This document shows, piece by piece, positions 1-10,898 of a DNA stretch of 64,000 nucleotides. Within the stretch, counting starts at the first letter, position 1. Each line of letters begins with the position of its first letter. Source of the DNA: Cardiobacteriaceae bacterium (lineage in GTDB: Bacteria; Pseudomonadota; Gammaproteobacteria; Cardiobacteriales; Cardiobacteriaceae); assembly GCA_030529365.1 (NCBI GenBank), contig JAUMXB010000008.1:8271-72270 (forward strand). Direction: 5' to 3'. Below the pieces are notes generated by a model. That model was not told where the DNA came from. It was given only the letters and a program-made list of their open reading frames with translations, and made no database searches. Position numbers and translations under genes: made by a program.

Positions 1-1466
1 CTCTACTTCATACTATAACTAACCCTAATTATGATTGGTGTTTTTTATCTGAACCTGATCAAACACGTAATGCTTCTTATGAGATGTGGTCACGAGGGAA
101 ATTGTTAGGAGGATCCTCTGCGATAAATGGCATGGTATTCGTTCGTGGAGCTGCTTCTGATTTTGATAATTGGGCAGCACTAGGGATTCCCGGTTGGGAT
201 TGGGGAAATGTTTTGCCTTATTTCAAGAAATTAGAGACCGTATTGTTCTCTGATTCAGATGCTTCTGATTTAAGAGGTAAAAGTGGTCCAGTGTATATTT
301 CAAAAGTATCTTGGAGACATCCACATTCTAAAGCTTTTATGGATTCATGCGTTAGAAATGGAATTCCTTATAGAGACAGTCTATCTGGTATACATAACAA
401 TGGTGTGAGTTGGTGTGAGACTAATATATACAAAGGTATACGACAATCTTCTTATAGATCTTATATCAAAAATCTTCCAAAGAAAAAAAATTTATCAATA
501 CGAAAAAAGCACTTAGTAAACAGAGTAATTTTTGAGAAACGAAAAGCTGTTGGCGTAGAAATATCTCCAATTGAGAACTCAAATATATCGAGTATTATTC
601 GATCAAAAAGGGGAGTTATTCTTTGTGCTGGTGCTATCAATACACCTCACATTCTTCTTTTATCAGGAATCGGACCAGCTAGTAAACTTGCCCACTTTGG
701 AATCAGTATTGTCAATGATTTACCTGGTGTAGGTGAGAATCTTATAGAACATCCAGGCGTCTATATTCATGCTGATATGAAGTCTCCATCTCAGAATATT
801 TTTGCGAGACCTTGGAATATTCCTATCCAAATTTTGAGATGGATTTTATTTAAGAATGGCCCAATGGCCATACCTGCTGCTCAACTTTATGCATTTCATC
901 ATTCTAAAGAATCAGTGATCGATCCAAACTTACAATTTTTATTTTTTGCTTATGGGGTTCTGCTCAAAGGAACCAAAAGATATATTCCAAATAAAAATTT
1001 AGTTACAATGCTTCTAAATTTAACACATCCAAAAAGTCGAGGATTTTTATCTCTTAAAGACAAAAATTCAAGAGTGCCTATTCAAATTCACCCACAGTTG
1101 TTAAGTTCAGACGAAGATATACAAAGCTTGATTTTAGGAATTAATTTTTTGCGAAAAATTATAAGAACTTCTCCATTTTCTGATTCTATAAAATCATTAA
1201 TAAATTTTAGTATATCATCATCTTCTTATGAAGAAGATTATAATTTTATTCGTAATAATACGAGACCTTTTCATCATTCATGTGGTACTTGCAAAATGGG
1301 AATTGATCACCTTTCAGTTGTATCACCTTCTCTTAGAGTTCATGGGTGTGAAAATATTTGGGTTGCTGACGCATCAATTTTCCCTTTGCCTGTTGCTGGA
1401 AACATTAATGCTACTACCTTAATGATTGGAGAGAAAGCTGCTGATCTAATACTCTCTAATTTATAG
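1..1466 (+). CDS. GMC family FAD-dependent oxidoreductase (choline dehydrogenase-like); 5' end cut by window edge
   Basis: Frame is open from nt 3 with no stop (..NPNYDW..EPDQ..RGKLLGGSSAINGMVFVRGAASDFDNWA..PYFKK), so the true start lies upstream of the window; C-terminal HHSCGTCKMG and GNINATTLMIGEKAADLI motifs typical of GMC oxidoreductases; ~30% GC. Confidence 0.8.
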   Translation, partial: LLHTITNPNYDWCFLSEPDQTRNASYEMWSRGKLLGGSSAINGMVFVRGAASDFDNWAALGIPGWDWGNVLPYFKKLETVLFSDSDASDLRGKSGPVYISKVSWRHPHSKAFMDSCVRNGIPYRDSLSGIHNNGVSWCETNIYKGIRQSSYRSYIKNLPKKKNLSIRKKHLVNRVIFEKRKAVGVEISPIENSNISSIIRSKRGVILCAGAINTPHILLLSGIGPASKLAHFGISIVNDLPGVGENLIEHPGVYIHADMKSPSQNIFARPWNIPIQILRWILFKNGPMAIPAAQLYAFHHSKESVIDPNLQFLFFAYGVLLKGTKRYIPNKNLVTMLLNLTHPKSRGFLSLKDKNSRVPIQIHPQLLSSDEDIQSLILGINFLRKIIRTSPFSDSIKSLINFSISSSSYEEDYNFIRNNTRPFHHSCGTCKMGIDHLSVVSPSLRVHGCENIWVADASIFPLPVAGNINATTLMIGEKAADLILSNL

Positions 1467-1493
1467 CTGATCAAATCTTTCTTTTTATTTTTT

Positions 1494-2297
1494 ATGAATA
1501 ATTTATTTCCTACATTTGATAGGCTTCTTGTTTCTTCACACAAAGTAAAAAATTCTCTTAAATCTAATTTTGTAAAATGTTATTCTATTGGTTATGTAAA
1601 AAACTATCCTGCCGTTAGATACTGCCTCTTACAATTTTGCATCAATAATTATAATAAAGACTTGTTTTCATATTTTAATATTTCTCCTCCAGATAAAATA
1701 ATTAAATTATCTATTGTTAGGCAGGCTGAGTATCTAGCTAGTAGATATGCAATTAGTCTTATTAGAAACAATAATATTTCTTTAGGAAAAAATTTCAATT
1801 TAAGTTCTAAATATAACGTTTGTATTTCCCATAGTAAAAGCTTTGTTATTGTCATTTCGTCTAATAGTTTTCATTCTAATAGATTCGGAATTGACTTGGA
1901 AATAAATAGACTTAAGAATTTTTTTATTATCAAGGATTGCATTTCTTCTGCTCTTGAGCAAAATATCCTGAGTTCTTTAAATATTCCGGTCTTTACTGCT
2001 CTCGCAATTTTATTTTCAGTAAAAGAAAGTTCGTATAAATTATTATCAGATGCTTTGCCGTTTGACTTCAGCTTTGCTGACTTTCGTTTGGTAAGTTTCG
2101 ATGAAAAGAATCAAAAACTAATTCTAGAAACTAGAAATATAAGTCACTCTTCTAATAAAATTTACACAGTAGGGTACTATGACTTTTCTCAAGAAAAGTT
2201 ATTAACTTTGTCTACTTCGAGAGTGCAAATAGATGACGATAAATTGGTCAGCCCGCATGATCTAGTGCTTGCAACATCTTTCGCTGAGCCGACGTAA
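1494..2297 (+). CDS. Sfp/EntD-type 4'-phosphopantetheinyl transferase
   Basis: All three PPTase signature motifs present: CISHS (..ISHS), FGIDLE (GxDxE), FSVKESSYK (W/FxxKExxK); 28-nt gap after the GMC gene suggests co-transcription; ~27% GC. Confidence 0.7.
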   Translation: MNNLFPTFDRLLVSSHKVKNSLKSNFVKCYSIGYVKNYPAVRYCLLQFCINNYNKDLFSYFNISPPDKIIKLSIVRQAEYLASRYAISLIRNNNISLGKNFNLSSKYNVCISHSKSFVIVISSNSFHSNRFGIDLEINRLKNFFIIKDCISSALEQNILSSLNIPVFTALAILFSVKESSYKLLSDALPFDFSFADFRLVSFDEKNQKLILETRNISHSSNKIYTVGYYDFSQEKLLTLSTSRVQIDDDKLVSPHDLVLATSFAEPT

Positions 2298-2313
2298 AAA
2301 TCATCAACAAAGC

Positions 2314-2349
2314 CCCATCAGGCATGTGGTTATCATGCCTGATGGGGTG
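2314..2349. terminator. hairpin between convergent PPTase and integrase genes (candidate bidirectional terminator)
   Basis: Perfect 14-bp inverted repeat CCCCATCAGGCATG-N7-CATGCCTGATGGGG; no long U-tract, so intrinsic-terminator function is uncertain. Confidence 0.4.
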
Positions 2350-3330
2350 TCAACCCAACTTCATGGCGATTTCCGTTGCCGTGGCGTTGTAATACACCAT
2401 CAACGTCTTGGTATCGCGCATACCGGCCATTCTCGCCAAATCCAGAATATGCAGTTTCTGGGCAAGGCGTGTCAATGCCTCATGGCGCGAGTCATGAAAT
2501 CTCATGTCTTCCACACCCGCAAGATTGCGATATTTTCGAAAATTGGCATCGCGCTGCGCACCGTTGATCTTGAAGCAAGTCGGTGCATCACGCGGCAAGA
2601 TCTTCAAAATTTCCACGGCACGCGGTGACAGCGCCACATCACGCTTCCGGCCATTCTTGCTGTGTGGGATATGCACATAGCGTTGCTCCAAATGGACATG
2701 CTGCCATTGCAGATTGAGAATTTCGCCACTGCGCATGGCGGTTTCCAGCGCAAACAACCAGGCGCACGCGACATACTCCCTGATCTCTCGTGGTGGCCGC
2801 AGCTCGGTATATTGAAAAGCTTCGAGAATTCGCCTCTCTTCATCCGGCCAGACACGGCGGTCACGTGATTCAGGTGCTTTCGGCAACGTCAAATGCTCAA
2901 AGGGAGAGGTTCTCAGCCATAACCACTCTCGGATAGCCACACGATACATGGCCTTGACGATGGTCGCTTCCCGCCGAACCGTTCCCGGGGAAACCGTTTT
3001 CAGCCGCCAATCACGCCACTCTGCCCAATCAGCAACCGTGACATTTTCCAGAAGCTGGTTGCAAAGAGGATGTTTCAGGAAATTGTTGATAAATTTTGCC
3101 TCACGACAGGCGCTCTTCTTTTTCGGTGTACACTCTTCCAGATAGCGCATCATGGCTTCTCCCAACGTCTTTCTGGCCGTGGGATGATGTTCGCGATGCG
3201 TCAGCTCATACGTAGTGACAACGGCCCAGCGTTCGCACTCTGCCTTGGTTGGGAAAGAAGCGGACAAGCGTTTCCCCTGATGACAAATCTCCACCCGCCA
3301 CTTGTTTCCCCTGCGTCGAAATGTCGCCAT
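2350..3330 (-). CDS. int: tyrosine-type site-specific recombinase (phage/island integrase)
   Basis: C-terminal catalytic region RFHDSRHEALTRLAQ..LARMAGMRDTKTLMVYYN (R..HxxR..Y); GGGAGG Shine-Dalgarno 7 nt upstream of Met20 (MATFRRRGNKW), so start placed at 3330; track ORF extends to 3387. Confidence 0.85.
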   Translation of the reverse strand: MATFRRRGNKWRVEICHQGKRLSASFPTKAECERWAVVTTYELTHREHHPTARKTLGEAMMRYLEECTPKKKSACREAKFINNFLKHPLCNQLLENVTVADWAEWRDWRLKTVSPGTVRREATIVKAMYRVAIREWLWLRTSPFEHLTLPKAPESRDRRVWPDEERRILEAFQYTELRPPREIREYVACAWLFALETAMRSGEILNLQWQHVHLEQRYVHIPHSKNGRKRDVALSPRAVEILKILPRDAPTCFKINGAQRDANFRKYRNLAGVEDMRFHDSRHEALTRLAQKLHILDLARMAGMRDTKTLMVYYNATATEIAMKLG

Positions 3331-3525
3331 TTTTGCCTCCCGAATCTGGCGTAAATTTGGCGTAAACAATTGCCGAAATTTGCTCATATCTGCATCGTTG
3401 AAGTGTAGTCTTTCACAAGAGAAAAAAGAAAAAACACTTCAATAGCATTTGGTTGAGTATATTTGGAGACGATTGTAACAATCAATCCTTCTCAGGGAAT
3501 AGGCTTCTTCTGGGCACCAGATTCC

Positions 3526-3558
3526 CAAAAAACCGACGGTTTATCCGTCGGTTTTTTT
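3526..3558. terminator. bidirectional rho-independent terminator
   Basis: AAAAAACCGACGG-TTTA-TCCGTCGGTTTTTTT: 7-bp GC stem flanked by A-run and T-run; lies downstream of dsbB (minus strand) and upstream of int start. Confidence 0.55.
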
Positions 3559-3576
3559 ATGCCTGTCATTTGTGCA

Positions 3577-3668
3577 TCATGAGAAATTTTCTCATGATGA
3601 AGCGCTTATTGTGAGAAAATTCCCCGATAAAAGCACTTATTGATGAGAAAAATATATTATTTTTCAGG
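3577..3668. repeat. type-1 palindromic-unit repeat, copy 1
   Basis: GAGAAATTTTCTCATGATGAAGCGCTTATTGTGAGAAAATT..AAGCACTTATTGATGAGAAAAATATATTATTTT; abuts dsbB stop. Confidence 0.7.
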
Positions 3669-4197
3669 AAAAATGATTTTTTGGTGCTTGGGTGCGGCGG
3701 CGTTCGCTCACGATGCAGGCGAGAAGCAGGGCAATGAAAAGTATCATCGACCAGGTGGGGATGGTCAGGGCGAACATGCCTTCCAGCGGCCAGGTGTCTT
3801 TGGTGGCGCAGTCGCCCGTGCCCATCATAGCTTTGGCGAGGCCGCTGAAGAAGGGGGTGTTTTCCATCAGGCCGTAGAAATCGAGGCCGCAGGCGGGCAC
3901 TTCGCCTTCGGGCAGGCTCTGGATATGGAGATGGCGGGCGGCGAGGCCGATGCCGAAGAAGATGCTCAGGTATTTGCCGGTTTTCATGACGACGCTGCCC
4001 ACGGTACCTTGCGGCCACAGCGCGGCATCGAGGAGGAACATGAGGCCGATGAGGGCAAAGGCGATGCGCTGCATGATGCAGAGCGGGCAGGGCGAGAGGT
4101 AGAGGGTTTTTTCCAGATAGAAGTAGGAAAAGGCGATGGAGGCGAAGCAGCCGAGGCCTGCGAGGAGAAGGGTGAGGCGGCGTGTGGAGTCGGTCAT
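3664..4197 (-). CDS. dsbB: disulfide bond formation protein B
   Basis: 177 aa, four hydrophobic segments, CPLCIMQR (CxxC) in first periplasmic loop and second Cys pair (PACG) as in DsbB. Confidence 0.85.
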   Translation of the reverse strand: MTDSTRRLTLLLAGLGCFASIAFSYFYLEKTLYLSPCPLCIMQRIAFALIGLMFLLDAALWPQGTVGSVVMKTGKYLSIFFGIGLAARHLHIQSLPEGEVPACGLDFYGLMENTPFFSGLAKAMMGTGDCATKDTWPLEGMFALTIPTWSMILFIALLLACIVSERRRTQAPKNHFS

Positions 4198-4359
4198 GGG
4201 AAGTGTCCGTAAGGCAAAGGGGCATTTTATAGCGAATGCTGTGGCAAATCATGTTGCGGGCGGAAAGGCAGCGTTGCCGGTGCGCGGGGTGTGCACGCGC
4301 CGGAAGGATGCCTTTATAATGTGTTTCCTTTGTTCGGTCGGGCTGTTGCCGGAGATGTG

Positions 4360-4725
4360 ATGGATTTTCTTGATGATATGCGCACGGCGCTGGATTTGCT
4401 GGAGGCGGAGATGCGCGGTGTGGGCTGGTGGCAGCAGGTGTCGCCCGCTCCCGAGGCGCTCGCGAGTGTGGAGCCATTTTGTGTGGACTGCCTGACCTTT
4501 AGCGAATGGTTGCAGTGGGTGTATATTCCGAAGATGCACGCCTACATGAATCAGCACGGGCGCTTGCCGGCAGCGAGCGGACTGGTGCCGATTGCCGAGG
4601 AAGCGTGGAAGGGCAGCGCGGAAGATACGCGGCGTTTGCATGAGATCGTGGCGCTGCTCGATGCGCTGGTGGCGGGCGATCGCGATGCGCTGCCGGTTTT
4701 TTTGAAGGGAATGGTCAGGCACTGA
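4360..4725 (+). CDS. YqcC-like protein (DUF446)
   Basis: 121 aa from ATG at 4360 preceded by GGAGA; ..EPFCVDCLTFSEWLQWVYIPKMH.. matches the conserved QPFCMDTLEPEQWLQWVFIPRM core of YqcC. Confidence 0.6.
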   Translation: MDFLDDMRTALDLLEAEMRGVGWWQQVSPAPEALASVEPFCVDCLTFSEWLQWVYIPKMHAYMNQHGRLPAASGLVPIAEEAWKGSAEDTRRLHEIVALLDALVAGDRDALPVFLKGMVRH

Positions 4726-5204
4726 TGAAGCAGAAAAAGAGCTGGAAGAATATCGCGGCGCCGGTGCTGGCGCTGCTGGCATTGGCGATTGCGACGCTGC
4801 CCGATGTGCTGCGCGACTGGCAGGCGCAGCAGGCGGAGCCGTCGTCCTTGCCGCAGGTTGTGCAGCCTGCGGACAATCAGGCGCTGTTTGCCCTGATGGC
4901 GCACAAGCGCGGCGGCGAGATGGTGGCCGGTTATGGCGTGGTGCAAAAAGTGCTGAAGGATGACAATGATGGCAGCCGGCACCAGCGTTTTATCCTGGAT
5001 GTGGGGCAGGGCAAGACGCTCCTGGTGGCGCACAATATTGATCTTGCGCCGCGCGTGGCCAATCTGAAAGAGGGCGATACGGTGCGGTTTTTCGGGCAGT
5101 ACGAGACGAATCACCGCGATGGCGTGCTGCACTGGACGCACCACGATCCCGCCGGACGCCATGCACATGGCTGGCTGGAGCATCAGGGCAAGCGCTATCA
5201 GTAG
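4725..5204 (+). CDS. DUF3465 family secreted protein
   Basis: N-terminal signal peptide; RHQRFILDVGQGKTLLVAHNIDLAPRV..GDTVRFFGQYETNHRDGVLHWTHHDPAGRH..GWLEHQGKRYQ typical of DUF3465; start overlaps stop of YqcC gene. Confidence 0.55.
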   Translation: MKQKKSWKNIAAPVLALLALAIATLPDVLRDWQAQQAEPSSLPQVVQPADNQALFALMAHKRGGEMVAGYGVVQKVLKDDNDGSRHQRFILDVGQGKTLLVAHNIDLAPRVANLKEGDTVRFFGQYETNHRDGVLHWTHHDPAGRHAHGWLEHQGKRYQ

Positions 5205-5245
5205 CGCCGTCCTGAAAAAGACCATCAGCCGATATTGGCGGCATG

Positions 5246-5350
5246 TTTCAATTTTTTCTCTAAAATAGTCATTTTTTCTCAACAATAAGCGCTTTATATG
5301 AGAAATTTTCTCGCAACAAGTGCTTATTGTTGAGAAAATTTCTCATTCCG
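5246..5350. repeat. type-1 palindromic-unit repeat, copy 2
   Basis: ..TTCTCAACAATAAGCGCTTTATATGAGAAATTTTCTCGCAACAAGTGCTTATTGTTGAGAAAATTTCTCATTCC; upstream of acnA. Confidence 0.75.
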
Positions 5351-5429
5351 GTTTGGCAATACATTTACCTCGCACCCTGAATGGCTTACAATAAGCGCCT
5401 CATAATTCATAACTATTCGTGAGGCTCTG

Positions 5430-8054
<2,625 letters not shown>

Positions 8055-8061
8055 GGCGTTA

Positions 8062-8156
8062 TTCAAAAAATAACGATTTATCGTAATTTTTTACCATATA
8101 TAAGCGCTTATCGTGAGAAAATTTCTCAAGATAAGCGCTTGGTATTGGTAAAAAAA
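8062..8156. repeat. type-1 palindromic-unit repeat, copy 3
   Basis: AAAAATAACGATTTATCGTAATTTTTTACCATATATAAGCGCTTATCGTGAGAAAATTTCTCAAGATAAGCGCTTGGTATTGGTAAAAAAACACC; 8 nt after acnA stop. Confidence 0.8.
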
Positions 8157-8589
8157 CACCATGGTCTTTCAACTCAAAAATCCGCAACCGTCCTCTCCCA
8201 TATGGGTGGAACAAATGCGGGCTGGAGAGCATCCATGAACAACAGCCGCATTTTCATGGATGCCCGCGGTTCGCGACAAGCGAGACCCAGCGCAGATGGA
8301 AAAGTGTTGGGGCGTACGGTTATCGCATTTCGGCAGGCTCAATAACCGCCGGTCGAGATGCAGCACCAACCTGCATTTGCTCCGTCTGTTTGGCAGGATT
8401 TGGTATGGATTTTCGGGTTGAATGGCTGTATTTCGATGGTTTTTGGGGAGAATTCTCCGGCTCATGGGATTTTTGCAGGGTGTGTGCCGCACAGCAGCAA
8501 GTACGCGGTTTGTGATGGTTGCGGTATTTGCCGGGCCACGCTGCGGCAAGCCAACCTGCAACCGCTTTGCGGCGGGGATTTCCATCCAC

Positions 8590-8622
8590 AAAAAACGCCC
8601 ACGTGTCGTGGGCGTTTTGCGT
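8590..8622 (-). terminator. rho-independent terminator of cytochrome c peroxidase gene
   Basis: ACGCCCACG-TGTCG-TGGGCGT with T-run on the minus strand (..CACAAAAAACGCCCACGTGTCGTGGGCGTTTTG..) 18 nt after the ccp stop. Confidence 0.55.
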
Positions 8623-8639
8623 CATGCGGAAAGAAGCAA

Positions 8640-9743
8640 TCAACCCTTGTTGTTGTCGGGGCGGCTTGCCTCGTGATCGGAGAGCGGCAATTGCGGCAGA
8701 ACCCGTGCGCTTTCCGGTGCCGGAGCAGTGAGCACATTGAGGAAAGCCACGATGTCATCCACTTCCTGCTGCGACAAATCCTTGCCCAGCTGTGCCTTGC
8801 CCATGATGCTGACCGCTTTTTCCAGTTCCCACACGCTGCCGTCGTGGAAATAGGGATAAGTGGCGGCTACGTTGCGCAAGCCCGGCGTGCGGAAGAAGAA
8901 TTTGTCCTTCTCGTCTTTCGTGACTTCAAAGCGTCCTTCATCCTGGCCCGGGCTACCCGTCAATTCCCAGTACGGGCCGACGGCCAGACCGAATTTCTGC
9001 AAGCTGTCGCCACCCAGGTTCACCCCCATGTGGCAGGCAATGCAGCCATTGTCGATGAAAGCTTTCAGGCCTTTCTGCTCCTGTGCCGACAGCGCCTGGA
9101 TATCGCCGCGCAGATAGTCGTCCCAGCGGCTTGGCGTCAGCAGGGTGCGCTCGAAGGCGGCAATGGCCGTGGTGATGTTGGCAAAGGAGATTTCTCCGCC
9201 ATTGTCGGCAAAGGCTTCCTTGAAAAGCGCCTGGTATTCGGGAATATGGGCGATTTTTTTCACGACGGAAGCCTCGTCGGGATTGGCCATTTCCACCGGA
9301 TTGAGCAGTGGGCCACCAGCCTGTTCCTCAACGTCGGCAGCGCGTCCGTCCCAGAACTGGCTGCCAAGCAGTGCGGCATTGAGTGCGGTCGGAGAGTTGC
9401 GGCCGCCGAAAAGGCCGACGTGCCCTTGGCTGGTCGGCAGGTTGTCCACCCCGAAGCTGGCCAGGTTGTGGCAGCTGTTGCAGCTTACGGTGTTGCCGCG
9501 CGACAGACGCGGTTCATACCACAGCTGATGCCCCAGCTTGACCTGGGCATCGGTAAACGGACGGATTTTTTCCATTTCTTCGCGGTTGGGCAAAGCCTGG
9601 AACAGACCTTGTGCCGTTTTCAGCAGCGTCTGGGCGGCCTCGGTCTGGGAAGTGTCAGCCTGTGCCGTTGGCCAAAGCAGGGCGGCAGCCAGGATGGCTG
9701 CTGCGTGATTCATTTTTTTCCTCATCATGATTTCCTTTTTCAA
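8640..9743 (-). CDS. ccp: di-haem cytochrome c peroxidase
   Basis: 367 aa; signal peptide; two haem c motifs CNSCH and CIACH; conserved ..GRFEVTKDEKDKFFFRTPGLRNVAATYPYFHDGS.. Confidence 0.9.
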   Translation of the reverse strand: MKKEIMMRKKMNHAAAILAAALLWPTAQADTSQTEAAQTLLKTAQGLFQALPNREEMEKIRPFTDAQVKLGHQLWYEPRLSRGNTVSCNSCHNLASFGVDNLPTSQGHVGLFGGRNSPTALNAALLGSQFWDGRAADVEEQAGGPLLNPVEMANPDEASVVKKIAHIPEYQALFKEAFADNGGEISFANITTAIAAFERTLLTPSRWDDYLRGDIQALSAQEQKGLKAFIDNGCIACHMGVNLGGDSLQKFGLAVGPYWELTGSPGQDEGRFEVTKDEKDKFFFRTPGLRNVAATYPYFHDGSVWELEKAVSIMGKAQLGKDLSQQEVDDIVAFLNVLTAPAPESARVLPQLPLSDHEASRPDNNKG

Positions 9744-9897
9744 ATTTTAGACCTGGCTGCTTATATCCCTCTTTTATTATTTTATCTTTTGGATATAAAG
9801 CCAGAAAAATTATAAAACAGATAATAATTTGTTGCTGTTTGTAATATAGAAGATGATGAGAAGGAAAACCGAAAACAGGAAGGCGACAGCCGACCGG

Positions 9898-10539
9898 CTA
9901 CAGCGTGGACATCCACAGTTTGACCGCGAAAGCGGCAAACATCACGCCAACGGCCGCCATGCACAGCGCGGAAAACAGGCGGAAACGCGAGAAAGTGGCG
10001 GCAAGGCGATGGCCGATGAAGGTGAGAAAATTCAGATAGAGAAAGCTGGTGGTTTGCAAAATCGCGGCGAGAATGAAAAAGCTCCACGCCGGATTTTCCG
10101 CATCGGTGCGCACGAAAGGCAGGAAAAACGACAGGAAAAAGAAAATCGCCTTGGGATTCATCAGGCTCAGCGTGAGCGCACGGCGGAAAAAGTTTTGCCG
10201 CTTGACCTGGCGCACAGGAGACGTGCTGTTGCGCCGGGTTTGCCAGACCTGCCAGGCGCCGCGCAGCAGACCCAGCGCCAGCCAGAGCAGATACAGGCCG
10301 CCCGCCACTTTCATGGCATGGAAAAGCAGCGGATAGCGGGCGAGTACCACGCCTGCGCCGAGCACCGTGGCCAGAATCAGCATGGCATCGCCAAGCATGA
10401 TGCCGGCGATGACGCGATAGGCGTTGCTGGCGCCGTATTGCCCGGCCACGCTCAGGCAATAGAGGGAATTGGGGCCGGGCAGGAGAATGATGGCGATGGT
10501 GCCGAGAATGTACTGGTGGAGATCGGTAATGCCGTCCAT
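9898..10539 (-). CDS. LysE/RhtB family amino-acid exporter
   Basis: 213 aa, six hydrophobic helices, N-terminal ..LGTIAIILLPGPNSLY.. typical of RhtB/LysE translocators. Confidence 0.85.
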   Translation of the reverse strand: MDGITDLHQYILGTIAIILLPGPNSLYCLSVAGQYGASNAYRVIAGIMLGDAMLILATVLGAGVVLARYPLLFHAMKVAGGLYLLWLALGLLRGAWQVWQTRRNSTSPVRQVKRQNFFRRALTLSLMNPKAIFFFLSFFLPFVRTDAENPAWSFFILAAILQTTSFLYLNFLTFIGHRLAATFSRFRLFSALCMAAVGVMFAAFAVKLWMSTL

Positions 10540-10561
10540 GAGAGTCGTGCGTCAAAAGGGA

Positions 10562-10657
10562 GTGATTTTTTTACCATCATCGCAGTTTTGATGCAATGCT
10601 TTTATCACGATAAGCGCTTGTTCATGATAAAAAATAACGATTTATCACGGTTTTTTG
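10562..10657. repeat. type-1 palindromic-unit repeat, copy 4
   Basis: GTGATTTTTTTACCATCATC..TTATCACGATAAGCGCTTGTTCATGATAAAAAATAACGATTTATCACGG. Confidence 0.7.
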
Positions 10658-10807
10658 TCAATATTTTTTGTGATCCTGGCACTGGATATACGGGAGTGCG
10701 CAGCATTGTTTGATGCCCCAGAAGAGGACTCGAACAGCGACTTGGCATGTGCCGGCAATGACGCCGTGGCGGATGCCTGAAAGGAATGGCAGCTTTTTTC
10801 TTGCAAT

Positions 10808-10898
10808 ATGAGAATTTTTACCACCCATAAGCGCTTAAGTGAGAAATTTTCTCGTTATAAGCGCTTTAGAATGGTAAAAAATAACGATTTAGACGGTT
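10808..10898. repeat. type-1 palindromic-unit repeat, copy 5 (overlaps stop codon of SIS gene)
   Basis: ATGAGAATTTTTACCACCCATAAGCGCTTAAGTGAGAAATTTTCTCGTTATAAGCGCTTTAGAATGGTAAAAAATAACGATTTAGACGG; element terminal ..CGATTTA supplies the TAA stop (10889-10891, minus strand) of the adjacent CDS. Confidence 0.75.

Larger units (their letters stand above)
1..3400. mobile_element. right-hand end of a low-GC horizontally acquired genomic island terminating at an integrase gene
   Basis: nt 1-2300 are ~27-35% GC versus ~63% in the rest of the window; two cargo genes (GMC oxidoreductase, PPTase) with AT-rich codon usage; integrase gene of intermediate GC immediately adjacent; AT-rich 3400-3520 stretch with 9-bp inverted repeat TTGAAGTGT..ACACTTCAA as candidate att region. 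Confidence 0.6.

Noticed and set aside
9744-9897. FNR box (TTGAT-N4-ATCAA) in the ccp promoter
   Set aside because: The AT-rich region has no acceptable match to the FNR half-sites.
10700-10760. tRNA or tRNA 3' remnant (GTTCGAGTCC on minus strand) as island attachment site
   Set aside because: No acceptor/anticodon stems can be folded around it. Noted only as a fragment.
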